Of a DNA stretch of 64,000 nt, positions 37,365 through 49,399 are shown one piece after another. The stretch's first letter is position 1; the number at the start of each line of letters is the position of its first letter. The translations under genes were made by a program, and so were the position numbers. Under the pieces are notes generated by a model. That model worked only from the letters and a program-made list of their open reading frames with translations. It was not told where the DNA came from and did not search any database. Source of the stretch: Chiloscyllium plagiosum (taxonomy: Eukaryota); assembly GCF_004010195.1 (NCBI RefSeq), contig NC_057719.1, forward strand, positions 19,708,964 through 19,772,963, written 5' to 3'.

Positions 37365-37526
37365 GGTAAAAGTGAGGACTGCAGATGCTGGAACCCAGAT
37401 CAGAGTGGTGCTGGAAAAGCACAGCAGGTCAGGCAGCATCCAAGGAGCAGGAAAATCGACGTTTCGGGCAAAAGCCCTTCATCTTGATGAAGGGCTTTTA
37501 CCCGAAACGTTGATTTTCCTGCTTCT
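37365..37526. mobile_element. Family A PLE fold-back fragment
   Basis: Inverted arms 37446-37483 and 37486-37523; approximate duplication tattgac(a/t)atgt on both flanks. Confidence 0.85.
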
Positions 37527-38189
37527 CACATTATTGACTATGTGATAGCTAAAAAATGAAACAGTTTTACTGTGTCTGTAAACAACAGAGAGGATCAGAG
37601 ATGAGCAAGATCACTAACAAATGGAGTTTTACAAGTGGTGTTGTTTGACCATGTTTTAATAAATGTTACTGCTATGAATCGCGGGTTCGTGTGTAAAAAA
37701 TATAATCCATTTTAGTTTTGTTCTTTTTCTGTCACAAATATTTTTCGTTTTAGATTTTAGGAATTTTTTTATAATTAGCAAGTACATGTTTAACAAAACA
37801 CTGATTAAATATTTTGTAAAGCAACTTCCTAATTTACAGTAGGATCGTAATGTTAAACAGATAAAATAATGCATTACTGTTGGTGTTTACTTTTGGTAGG
37901 AGTAATTGCTGCAATCCTGGAAGTGCTTTATTTAAATTATAGTCAATAAACATCAGTTTTGGGAATTGACTTGTAAGACATCTAGTGATGGTTATAATCA
38001 GAAGTTTGTTTTTACAGTGAAGCATAATGCAAGACAATAAGAAACTTACAGTGATAAATGTTGTGCCAATTTATTTTATAACATCTTATATTTTTATCAT
38101 CTCACATGAAGCTTTTGCTGAATTAAGAAATGGTGTTATCTCTTTAATGGAGAGATTTTTAACTAAGTGCAGACTCCCTCTGTTTACAG

Positions 38190-38598
38190 TCACATGGGAT
38201 CCATGGTGAGCTGGTAAGATGAATATAGAATGGCTTAGTCAGAGAAAACAGAGTAGCAGTGGAAGGGTGTTTTACAAATTGGAGATCAAGATTTTGTGGA
38301 CAATGAAAGAGGCCTGATTGGTAAGGTTGTAAATGTCACAAAGATTGGGGAGCTGCAGATACTGAAGAGGATTGCCAAATGATACAGCATGATAGGCCAA
38401 AGACTTACGTGGAGAAATGGCAGAAACAGTTTAATCTGGACTAATGCGAAGTGATGCATTTTGGGAGATCTAATACAGAAGGGAAGTAAATACAGCAAAT
38501 GGCACATCCCTGAGTAATATCAACATTCAGAGGGATCTAGGCATTCAGGTCCGCAGTTCCCTTAAAAGTGGCAACACAAGTCGATAAGATGGTCAAGA
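38190..38598 (+). mobile_element. CR1 RT fragment, decayed
   Basis: FNLD*CEVMHFGRSN and QRDLGIQV motifs. Confidence 0.8.
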
Positions 38599-38599
38599 A

Positions 38600-39135
38600 C
38601 GACTGGGCGCCTTCTTGCAGACTCCTTCAGGGAACGTCTCCATAACACCCGCACCAATCAACCCCACCACCCCGTGGCTGAATGTTTCAACTCACCCTCT
38701 CACTCTGCTGAGGACATGCAGGTCCTGGGCCTCCTCCATTGCCACTCCCTCACCACCCAACGCCTCATCTTCCACCTCAGAACACTTCAACCCCAGGGCA
38801 TCAATGTGGACTTCACCAGTTTCCACATTTCCCCTCCCCCCTACTTTACCCCAGTTCCAACCTGCCAGTTCAGCAGCATCCTCATGACCTATCCCACCTG
38901 TCAATCTTCCTTCCACCTTTCCGCTCCACCCTCCTCGCCGACCTATCACCTTTACACCTTCTTCCATCCACTCCCAGCTACCTTCACCAAACCCCCACCC
39001 CCTCCCATTTATCTCTCCACCCCCGAGGCTTTCAGCCTTATTCCTGATGAAGGGCTCCTGCCCGAAATGTCGGTTTTCCTGCTCCTCGGATGCTGCCTGA
39101 CCTGCTGTGCATTTCCAGCACCACTCTAATCTTGA
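38600..39135 (+). mobile_element. Penelope-like element 3' part: GIY-YIG endonuclease C-terminus, C-rich UTR, hammerhead
   Basis: TGRLLADSFRERL..HPVAECFNSPSHS..LIFHLRTLQPQGINVDF; CTGATGA at 39044-39050 with GGGC/GCCC stem and GAAA. Confidence 0.88.
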
Positions 39136-39749
39136 CGTAGGATTTAAATTGTCAAGGTACAATGTTAGTTGACATTTTGCTGTGAAGAGAAGTATATAAG
39201 CTTCCTGAGCAAAGCTTGTTTCTCCGGCCATGTTTGGAAATATTTATTGGAACATTGAGCACAGAAAGAAAACAAATTGACATCTATTCTGTTGGAAATA
39301 GATCCTTTCTGGTGGATCTTGCTAGCAATAATACTTGTCAGAACAATCTATTGCCAATGATAAGCTTTATGAGAAGCAATTTATTACAATTTCAAGTTTA
39401 TCTCATCAATCTGGAGAGAGATTGTAGACTGGAATTGAAAAACAAGGTTCGGCACTATTCAACATGGGCATCTGGTTTTATTTCTCTTCATGTCTATTGT
39501 GTAAGGATAATAAGGATAAGGAGGACCTGATCTTGTAGGAATTTTTAAAAAGTTACAAATCATAAGTAAAGTCATGAACCAAATTAGTTATGATGAATTC
39601 ATATGGAATTTATTTATGTAATGTTTATTAAATATATTTATTTGTCATTAGTAAATTAAACTACTTATTTTCTCCAGTAACCCTTTGCTCCTATATTGAT
39701 CAAGATTGCTTTTTAATCAAAAAGTAGGAAGGTTAAAGTTGCCAAACTC

Positions 39750-39936
39750 CCAAATGGCTGTACTCTCTCTCAAAGAAAGATTACTGGTGGTGGTTTAACC
39801 TGAGCGTCACCATGCCATGTGTGAGGGTGAAAAGGCAGGGTTTTTATGGTGACCTTAACCAGTGTGGGAATTAAACCTGTGCTGTAGGAATTGCTATGCG
39901 TTGCAAGCCAGCTATCCAGCCAACTGAGCTAACCAA
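39750..39936 (-). mobile_element. tRNA-derived SINE (non-HE1 family)
   Basis: Minus strand begins ggttagctcagttggctggatagctgg (A box) and has a B-box-like ggtttaattccc. Confidence 0.6.
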
Positions 39937-40149
39937 TTCCCAGGACTCAACATACAGGACCACAATACCTGTATTAATATTTTCCTGAATTTTGTGATTG
40001 ACAATAAAACAACACTCATAGAGCAAGTGAGCAGGCTAAACAACATTAAATTTAACGGTGATTTATTTTTAATGTGTCCATGAGTTGCCTAGTGTTTTAC
40101 TTACTCCGACAGTACTGTTGAAATAATTGTTCATATGACCAGGTTTATT

Positions 40150-40640
40150 TAAATAACAGATACTTGTTTTTTTGTTTGGATGAGAAATTCTTCAATTATT
40201 TTCCAGAAACAAATAAAAAAACACGTTCTTCACTGTCTCTGCGGAGTTCCCTCACAAACATTTTTCTTCCTCATGCAGAAGATATTTGAGAGACTTATAT
40301 GAGTGTCGAACATGATGAGGTGCTTTGAAGAAACAGATAGGTAGACACTGAGCTGATGTTTTTCTATCACTTTGAAAAACAGTCCACAATCCATTGTAAG
40401 CCATGCTCAGGTTATCACACAGTATACAGTCATCGGCAAACAACAATATTCATACCCTCATCTCTGATAACTTAGGATTTCAGTTTTCTCAGGTTGAAGA
40501 AATTGCTGTCTCGTCTGAATTGCATGGATATTCCATCAATATTTCCATCAAATGCCCCATACAGTATGGTCACAAAGAATAGTGCTGGGGACCCTGTAAT
40601 GTCAAAGAGGTCAGGATAGTTATCTCTGACAGTGACTGAG
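40150..40640 (-). mobile_element. Decayed LINE RT fragment
   Basis: Catalytic-motif peptide LFADDC in the ORF track. Confidence 0.5.
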
Positions 40641-40677
40641 GCTATATTTCATGATGAAACTGCTGAATCAGACTGAG

Positions 40678-41185
40678 TTAAAATTCACGCAACACGAGGC
40701 TATAGTCCAACAGGTTTATTTGGAAGCACTAGTTTTCAGAGTGCTGCTCCTTCATTAGGTGGTTATGGAGAATACGATCATAAGACACATAATTTATAGC
40801 AAACGTTTACTGTGTGATGTAACTGAAATTATATATTGAAAAAGACCTGGATTGTTTGTTAAGTCTCTCATCTTTTAAAATGAACATGCTGGTTTCAGTT
40901 CTTTCATATATAAATCACATAACCTTTTTTAAAGTTAGATTCTCAAGTGAATTTTAGCAATTGGCGTTGTGTCGGCCCATTGAAGGTGTGAGGTGCCCTG
41001 TGTGAGACTGATTCTAATCTAAAAAAATGGATTTACAGAATCTTACATAGATACATACAGTTTTTGAGCAAAATAAGATGTAATTCTTCAAGTACAAATT
41101 TATGTGTGTGTGTGTGCATGTTGATGTGTGTGTTTGAGTGTCTGTGAGAGAGTGAGTGTAAAGGGGAATAAGCCTGTGAGAGATT
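40678..41185 (-). mobile_element. Family B PLE terminal fragment
   Basis: tatagtccaacaggtttatttggaagcactagttttcagagtgctgctccttcattagg; parallels 29175-29610 and the reverse complement of 5325-5562. Confidence 0.8.
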
Positions 41186-41837
41186 TATAGCAGCTCTGTC
41201 AGGACCTTCAAGTTTCGCTAAAACTTTTTGTAAGACAATACTATTTAATATGTTGAAAGCCCTCCTTCGGTCAACTGAGATATACTAAAATCCCATCTGT
41301 TGTTTGTGACATTTCCTTTCTATTTATTGAAGGGTCAAGGTTATGTCACAAGCATACCTGCTTTTTCTGAACCCACTTTTAATTTTTGATTGATCACATT
41401 CTGCTATGTGGCTTACTTTTGCTGGAGTCTTACAAGCAGTAGGAATCCTTTATGATTGTGACATCTAGACTTTTGCCCTTTTCCTTTACACATCTGAGCA
41501 ATCATGACATCTTAGGGACTCTTGATCCCATATTTTGTGACATACTTTTGTGAATTTGATGTTTGGTTGGCATTCTCAGATCCACACATTTTTTCCAGGG
41601 ATCCTGTCTAAGCCTGGTGCTTTCCTTGAGATTCAGGATCTGATGGCTTTATCAATCTTCACAACAGAGGGTTTGCTGTCCAGATTTTCACTCCTGTGCC
41701 AATCTGGATGCCTGCCTATAGCAGTCCCACTGGATAGACAAGTAAACACATCCATAAAGTGCCCAGCCCAGCACTATTTGATAACTTGGATGTCCAAGAG
41801 AATAAATTCCCTGTCAGCACTCAGAACTAATGAGTAG

Positions 41838-44095
41838 TTAGAGTTATAGAGTCATAGAGATGTACAGCACAGAATCAGACCCTTCGGTCCAACTTGTCCA
41901 TGCCAACAAGATATCCTAGCCTAATCTAGTTCCATTTACCAGCACATGGCCCATATCCATTTAAACCTTTCCTATTCGTATACCTATCCAGATGACTTTT
42001 AAATACTGTAATTGTACCAGCCTCCACTGGCAGTCATTCCATACACGCACCAACCTTTGCATGAAAAAGTTGCCCCTTAGGTTCCTTTTATGTATTTTCC
42101 CTCTCACCCTAAACCTATTCTCCCACCCCAGGGAAAAGACCTTGTCTATTTACCCTATCCATGCCCCTCAGGATTTTATAAACCTCAATAAGGTCACTCT
42201 TCAGCCTCCGATGCTCCAGGGAAAACAGCCCCAGCCTATTCAGCTTCTCCCCATAGCTCAAATCCTCCAACCCTGGCAACATCCATATAAATCTTTTCTG
42301 AACTCTTTCAAGTTTCACAACATCCTTCCATAGGAAGGAGACCAGAAATGCACGTCATATTCCAAAAGTCATCTGTACAGCCGCAACATGACCTCCCAGC
42401 CCCTGTACTCAATGCTCTGACCAATAAAGGAAAGCATACCAAACACCTTCTTCACTATCCTATCTACCTGCGACTCTACTTTCAAGGAACCTGTACTCCA
42501 AGGTCTCTTTGTTCAGCAACACTCTCCAGGATCTTACCATTAAATATATAAGTCCTGCTCTGATTTGCTTTACCAAAATGTAGCACCTCGCATTTCTCTA
42601 AATTAAACTCTATCTGCCACTCCTCAACCCATTGGCCCATCTGATCAAGATCCTGTTGTACTCAGGTAATCTTCTTTGCTATCCACTACACCTCTAATTT
42701 TGGTGTCATCTGCAGACTTATTAACTATACCTCACACGTTCATATCCAAATCACTTATGTAATGATGAAAATTAGTGGAACCTAAGGGGCACTCCACTGA
42801 TCACAGGCCTCCAGTCTGAAAAACAACCCTCCACCACCACCCTCTGTCTCCTACCTTCGAGCCAGTTCTGTATCCAATAGCGAGTTCTCCCTGTATTCCA
42901 TGAGGTCTAACCTTGCTCATCAGTCTCCCGTGGGGAATCTTGTTGAACGCCTCACTGAAGTCCATATGGATCACATCTACTGCTCTGCCCTCACAATCCT
43001 CTTTGTTACTTCTTCAAATACCTCAATCAAATTTGTGAGACATGACTTCCCACACACAAAGCCATGCTGACTATCCCTAATCAGTTCTTGCCTTTCTAAA
43101 TACATGTTAATCCTGTCCGTCTGGATTCTGTCAAACAACTTTCCTATCACCGATGTCAGGCTCACTGGTCTATAGTTCCCTGGCCTTTCCTACGTAGTGC
43201 CACCACCTTAGCTAACCTCCAGTCTTCCGGCAGCTCACCTGTGACTATCGATGATACAAAGTTCTCAGCAAAGGGCCTAGCAATCATTTCTCTAGCTTCA
43301 CACAGAGTTCTAGGATACACATGATCAGGTCCTGGGTACTTATCCACTCTTATGCATTTCAAGACATCCAGCACTTCCTCCTCAGTAACGTGAACATTTT
43401 TCAAGATGTCACCATCTATTTCCCTACATTTCTATATCTTCCATGTCCTTCTTCACAGTAAACACTGATGCAAAATACTCATTTCGTTTCTCTGCTATTT
43501 CCAGCGGCTCCGCACATAGACTGCTTTGTTGATCTTTGAGGGGCCCCATTCTCTCCCTAGTTTTCTTCTTGTCCTTAATGTACTTATAAAATGCCTTTGG
43601 ATTCTCCTTAACCCTATATACCAAAGCTATCTCATGACCCCTTTTTTGCCCTTCAGATTTCCCACTTAAGTATGCTCCTACTACCTTTTATACTCGTATA
43701 AGGATTCACTTGATCTCTCCTGTCTATACCTGACATATGCTTCCTTCTTTTTCTTAACTAAAACCTCAATTTCTAGCATTCCCTATACCTACTAGCCTTT
43801 CCTTTCACCCTAACAGGAATATACTGTCTTTGGACTTGCGTTATCTCATTTTTGAAAGCTTCCCACTTTCCAGTCGTCGTTTTATCTGCAAACAGCTGCC
43901 CCAATCAGCTTTTGAAAGTTCTTGCCTAATACTGTCAAAATTGGTCTTCCTCCAATTTAGAACTTCAACTTTTAGGTCCAGTCTATCTTTTTCCATAACT
44001 ATTTTAAAACTAATAGAATTATGGTCGCTGGCCCCAAAGTGCTCCCCACTGACACCTCAGTCACCTGCCCTGCCTTATTTCCCAAGAGTAGATGT
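41838..44095 (-). mobile_element. HER1/CR1 LINE, endonuclease end through RT to 3' tail, decayed
   Basis: VDKYPGPDHVYPRTL..EDWRLA, LIRDSQHGFVCGKSCLTNLIE, KLERVQKRF..LEHRRLKSDLIEVYK. Confidence 0.95.
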
Positions 44096-44789
44096 ATGTG
44101 GGAAGACTATAAGCAGTCTTCAAAGCCTAATGGAAATTCCATATCATGCTGATCAATACAGACTTGAAGTTTGTTTAGCTTATTGGATACATTGAGCATT
44201 ATGTATCCTATTCAGCTTTTGTTTCAGCTTCCCACCACTGATGATACGCCATGGCAGGTGAAGAGGCCTCAGTCCCCCCCCTTCTGATGCCCTTTTCCTG
44301 ACATCTTACCAGCCTATCCACCTCCCTGCCTGTCTCAAAGAGCTTGGAAAATCAGATCCACCGATTGCACCAGCAGAAGCCAATTGTTGTGATGTGGAAA
44401 GTACTGTCCAAAATGGTGATTGAAGCAGATTTCAAAGTAACCTCCAAAACATTTGAAAGAGGAAAAGACCAGGAGAGTAGAAATAACATGATATGCAGCC
44501 TTAAAATACAATAATGTTTGATTCACTGGGAGAACTGTCATGAGAGAGTTGCTAGGTACCTAAATAAATGTGTTGCATCTAGCATGCAGCTGCTACTCAA
44601 AATTGTCTTGATTCCAATCTTTCAAGGTCAATCAAAGAGCACTTACTTCAATCTCTCTGAGCTCATCTCCTAAAACCTTTGTTTCATAACCATTCAACAG
44701 TTCAGGGTATCCACTTGTTATTTGCACTTTGTGGGTAAATCAAGTTACCTTTGATTCAGCTACTTTCTAAGAAATCTCACAGACAATGA

Positions 44790-45152
44790 ATGATGGTGTT
44801 AAGTGCCATCTACCAGGCCTGCTGTCAAGTAAAGACCGCCAGCATTCTCAAAGATCCATCCCACCCTGGCAATGTTTTTCTACAACCTCTACCATTGGGG
44901 GAAAAGGTACAGAAGCCTGAACACACGCACCAGCCGGTTTCATAAAAGTTTCTACCCTACTGTTGTTAGATTACTGAATGGACTCTCAAACTCTTAACAT
45001 TTGCTTGTACCTGTGTTTTTGTTTTTGCTGCTGTTTACCTATCATTTACTTGTCTATGCTACTTAACTCTGTGATCTGCCTGTATTGCTCGCAAGACAAA
45101 GCTTTTCACTGTGCTTTGGTACACGTGACAATAAATTCAATTCAATTCAATC
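44790..45152 (+). mobile_element. Rex1/Babar-like LINE 3' end
   Basis: SILKDPSHPGN..LQPLP..RYRSLNTRTSRF..SFYP.VVRLLN; (aattc)n tail. Confidence 0.75.
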
Positions 45153-45550
45153 AGTGTTCATGTGGAAATAAACACTTGTGCTTTCAGAAGATGTGACAGT
45201 GAAAGGGATATTAAGTTATAGAAAGTAAACTGGGGCAACACAATTCATGGCCTAGGCCTCCAGTCCTTATAATAAAGAGTACATTATGTCCTGAGTATAA
45301 AATGCCAATCACTGCCAAAATGTGGAATGATAGATTGCTTCAACTGTTGTTCAAATGAGAAAAAGCTCCTGCCTTTAACTAGGAGTAGTTTATTGCAATC
45401 AGATAAAAGTTATATTATTATGGTAGGTATTATTACTAAGACTATTGGAAGACCTAGGAAAGTCAGTTTGTCTCATCTGAAATCTTAAAATATTCTGCCT
45501 TCACCCACTCAAATGCTTATGATATCATCAGATTGAATAGAGCTTAATAA

Positions 45551-46099
45551 TGTTGTGGACTAGGTCAGAACCCCCCCCCCTCAAAATTTTCAGGACAGTA
45601 GCCTAGACACTATATTTTCTTATTTTAAAGGTAGATGTGAAGTGGGTGTTCCAGGTGTGACGCAACTGGTCAAACCACTCGCCTTTAAGCAAAATTGAAG
45701 CATGGAATAACTTGACCATTGGAAAACTTAACTGACCCGGTACAGTAATTATTACTTATTAACTGTTCCAATTCAGTAACATCCCATAAATACACCCCTT
45801 GGCAAAAAGGTAAATTCAAACACAGATTCTTACAGCAGGAGGGAACAACATCCAGAGAGAGATTTCTGAGAAAGTCAAAAGAATCCTTTACTGAAGCTTG
45901 CAGTATTTTGGGACGCCAACATCTCGTGACTGTCACAGCTAAAAAACATGGGAAAAACCTGAACAGGGGGGAATCCCGTAACTCGTCTTCCTTTGTTAAA
46001 CTCTTAAACACCTTAGACGCTTCAGCTCCTCTACCTTTACAACCTCCCTTCAAAAAACTAAGGACAAAATGATCTTTTTAAAGTGACAGCATCGTCACA
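45551..46099 (-). mobile_element. Probable solo LTR (same family as 19086-19677)
   Basis: TG...CA ends; flanks ataa/atac (imperfect 4-bp TSD); cagtaacatcccataaatacacccct matches the reverse complement of 19412-19437. Confidence 0.65.
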
Positions 46100-46264
46100 A
46101 TACATTTGTTGCCATTAACCCTTTCAGATCAGTATTTTACACTGCACATTCAACTTCCAGATGTGAGAAATAGGATATTATTTAGCACATGGATTAATAT
46201 TTGAATAGGCTAATATCAAAACACAACTCCTTTGGATTAATCTCTGGGCTAGAATTGAATTAAT

Positions 46265-46592
46265 CAGAGTCATAGAGATGTACAGCATGGAAACAACCCA
46301 CCATGCCCACCAGATATCCCAATCCAATCTAGTCCCACCTGCCAGCACCCGGCCCATATCCCTCCAAACCCTTCCTAATCATATACCCATCCAAATGCCT
46401 TTTAAATGTTGCAATTGTACCAGCCTCCTCCACGTCCTCTGGCAGTTCATTCCATACACGTACCACCCTCTGTGTGAAAAAGTTGCCCCTTACAGATTCT
46501 CCAACCCTGGCAACATCCTTGTAAATCTTTTCTGAACCCTTTCAAGTTTCACATCTTTCCGATAGGAAGGAGACCAGAATTGCACGCAATAT
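46265..46592 (-). mobile_element. HER1/CR1 3' fragment with internal deletion
   Basis: Matches 41850-42075 joined to 42255-42355. Confidence 0.88.
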
Positions 46593-46798
46593 CATTTTTG
46601 TAAATTTTGCTCATTTAGTTACTGGCAAAATAGTTTAGATTTACTAATTTAAAATATTAAGATTTATCCATTTCAAATTCATTTCGACTTTCAAGTTTTT
46701 AAATTAATCCTGACAAGATTTAATATTTCTCCCTACAAATTGATAAATTTGTTGGTCAGAAAGTGCAAAAAATTTGCACTGGTCGTTAATTCAAACTG

Positions 46799-46955
46799 GG
46801 AGAAAGTGAGGACTGCAGATGCTGAAGATCAGAGCTGAAAAATGTGTTGCTGGAAAAGCATAGCAGGTCAGGCAGCATCCAAGGAAAACTCCTGAAGAAG
46901 GGCTTATGCCCGAAACGTCGATTCTCCTGCTCCTTGGATGCTGCCTGACCTGCTG
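46799..46955. mobile_element. Family A PLE fold-back mini-element with 15-bp TSD
   Basis: cgttaattcaaactg at 46784-46798 and 46956-46970; inverted arms 46862-46885 and 46931-46954. Confidence 0.9.
46888..46924 (+). ncRNA. Minimal type I hammerhead ribozyme motif (PLE-associated)
   Basis: CUGAAGA (46892-46898), extra A, GGGC-UUAU-GCCC stem II, GAAA (46912-46915), CGUC with palindromic ACGU in place of helix III; predicted cut after C46919. Confidence 0.7.
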
Positions 46956-47955
46956 CGTTAATTCAAACTGTTTGGTATTCACAGCACATGATACAATGTA
47001 CAAACGATTTCCAGAGTTCCAAACATTGGGATTTGCAGCAGTTTATTTATATTAACTGAAAGTTGTTGAGAATTTCGAGCATTTTGGTACAATTAAGTTA
47101 ATAAATTCAAGCCAGTTGATGGCGCTGTAGTACAAGAAAAGGGATTTGTTCCCAGTTGATTTCTGTGATTATCTCTTGTGTTGTGGAAAACGTGAGATGA
47201 TTTAAAATAAATTCTTGGTATATAGAGATGACCTTTACAATTATGGCAAATATGCATTTCTCTCTGATATCTTTAATCAACATTTCGGTCAATTTAATTT
47301 TTGCACTGTTTAGTGTACACGTGTTATGTAAACAAGTAATGGGTCAAACTTCCACATACTCTGCACAAAGTGCTTAATTCGACAAAGGTTTTGTTCAGTT
47401 TCAGTCGTTTGAGAACGTGTTTGAGTATGGTTATTGAAATCTGATTTTGCTCTTTTTTTAATTGGTCGGTATTCCGTTTAGATCTAAGGCAAAAGTAGAA
47501 AAAATATAGCGTTTACTATTAGAACCATTGTTACAGTTAGTAGGTAAGAATAGGGTAATATTAATGTAGTTATTTACTGTACCAGGCTGTAAGAAATGCA
47601 ATTTTAAAAATTCATTTGCAAATTTATTTTGAATCCATCAGTGCCCTTTCTTTATTTTACTTTGCCTCAACCTCGAGAATTTTATCTTTTAATATATATG
47701 TGTACATATATCCATGTATGCTCTTCTATTGTAAAATGTGACTTTTTATGCATTGATATTGAACTGTTATGTATTTACTCACTCCCTGAGCAATAACACA
47801 ACTTGTACATATGTAATATCCTTAGCTTGGTAAAACATTCTAAGGCACTTTGGAGAATTTTATTAAAGAAAGTTGTACACTACGTTAACTTTTAAAACAA
47901 GAAATCGAATTATAAAATGGAAGTTGTGCTGTCCTCGGCCAGCATCAGCTAGAGA

Positions 47956-48015
47956 TTTTGCTTGTCCTCGGATGCTGCCTGAATTGCTGTGCTCTTCCAG
48001 CACCACTGATCCAGA
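47956..48015 (+). mobile_element. Family A PLE short fragment with 12-bp TSD
   Basis: ctcggatgctgcctgaattgctgtgctcttccagcacc flanked by atcagctagaga on both sides. Confidence 0.75.
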
Positions 48016-48499
48016 ATCAGCTAGAGAGCACAGAGGTCACGGATGACTTAATATATTCGAGGGTTAGAATACATGAGCTTAGATGAGTTCGAGTTTAAGA
48101 GGAGTGCAAGTCAGAAGACTGGCCAGGAGAGTACTGAAATAGTTGAGTCTATAGAAACATCGATGTGAGTTTCAGCTATAGATAAGCCCAGGCAGAGGCA
48201 ATGCACTGTTTCGTTTGCTTGAAATTGTCATACAGAAGTATACCAGCAGAGGGAGTCTGCAAGCAGGAGCAGCAAAAAGGAGCCATGCTCGTCCACTTCA
48301 AGTTCTGTTTGTAAACCAAAGAAATGTTCACTTTCGATCAGGATAATGCAATGGAAAAAACGACATGAATCTTTTTGGAGGGATTTGTCTCCTCTCTGCA
48401 CACACACAAACAATTAAGCTGCAGACTTGGAGAAAATACTCAATCATACAAGCTCCAATTAAAAACAGAAAAACTCACAGGTTTCATCTCAGTAGCTGG

Positions 48500-48880
48500 T
48501 GAAAATGGCACCAACATCCTTTGGTGTTCTATGGCGTCATCACTGAATCCCCCACTATCAACATCCTGGGGTTACTGTTGACCGGACATTGATCTGGAAC
48601 AGCCATGTAAATACTCTGGCTGCAAGAACAGGTCAGAGGCTTGGAAGTCTGTACAAAAGACCTAGCTTCCTCACACCCATACGCCTGAACACCATCTATA
48701 AGTCAGGAATGTGACAAAATACTCTCCATTTTCCTGGATGAGTACAACTCTGACAGAGAAGCTCAATATTATCCACGACACAGCAGATGGCTTGATTCAC
48801 ATCCCCGTCACACCTTCAGCATTTACTCCCTTTGACATTTGATGATTTGTGACTGGGTGTGCATCATCTACAAAACACAC
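48500..48880 (+). mobile_element. CR1/L2-group LINE fragment (same family as 18865-20510)
   Basis: INILGVTVD..LIWNSHVNT motif (atcaacatcctgggg...agccatgtaaatac). Confidence 0.7.
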
Positions 48881-48893
48881 ACCCTACTCAACA

Positions 48894-49212
48894 ACTTAGA
48901 ATCCCTACAGTATGGAAACAGTCCCTTTGGCCCAACAAGTCCACACCGACCCTCCTAAGATTAACCCACCCAGACCCATTCCCCTACTTTATTATCCTAT
49001 ATTTACCCCTGACTAATGCACCTAACCTACACCTCCCTGAACACTACGGGCAATTTAGCCAATTCACCCAACCTGCACATTGTTGGATTGTGGGAGGAAA
49101 CCTGAGCACCTGCAAGAAACCCACGCAGACAATGTGAAAACTGCACACAGACGGTCATCCGAGTTTGGAATCGAACCCAGTCCTGCAGCAGCAGCACTGA
49201 GCCACCGTGCTC
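48894..49212 (-). mobile_element. HE1 SINE
   Basis: Head, core and tail similar to the other copies. Confidence 0.88.
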
Positions 49213-49399
49213 ACTCAGTACTGTAAGTATAACAACAATCCATGGATTGCAGCAGTTCAAGAAGATAGCTCATTTAGAAATGGGCAATGAGTCAAAATTC
49301 AGATGCATGGAATGAATGTAAGAAAAAGGATTGATTCATCTCCTTCTGTATCCAATTTAAAGCTAGTTTCTCAGCCATATTCTTTAATTGCTGCATGTC

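Noticed and set aside
48236..48420. Open frame after an AG (VYQQRESASRSSKKEPC...)
   Set aside because: Poor polypyrimidine tract, no donor and no recognisable homology.
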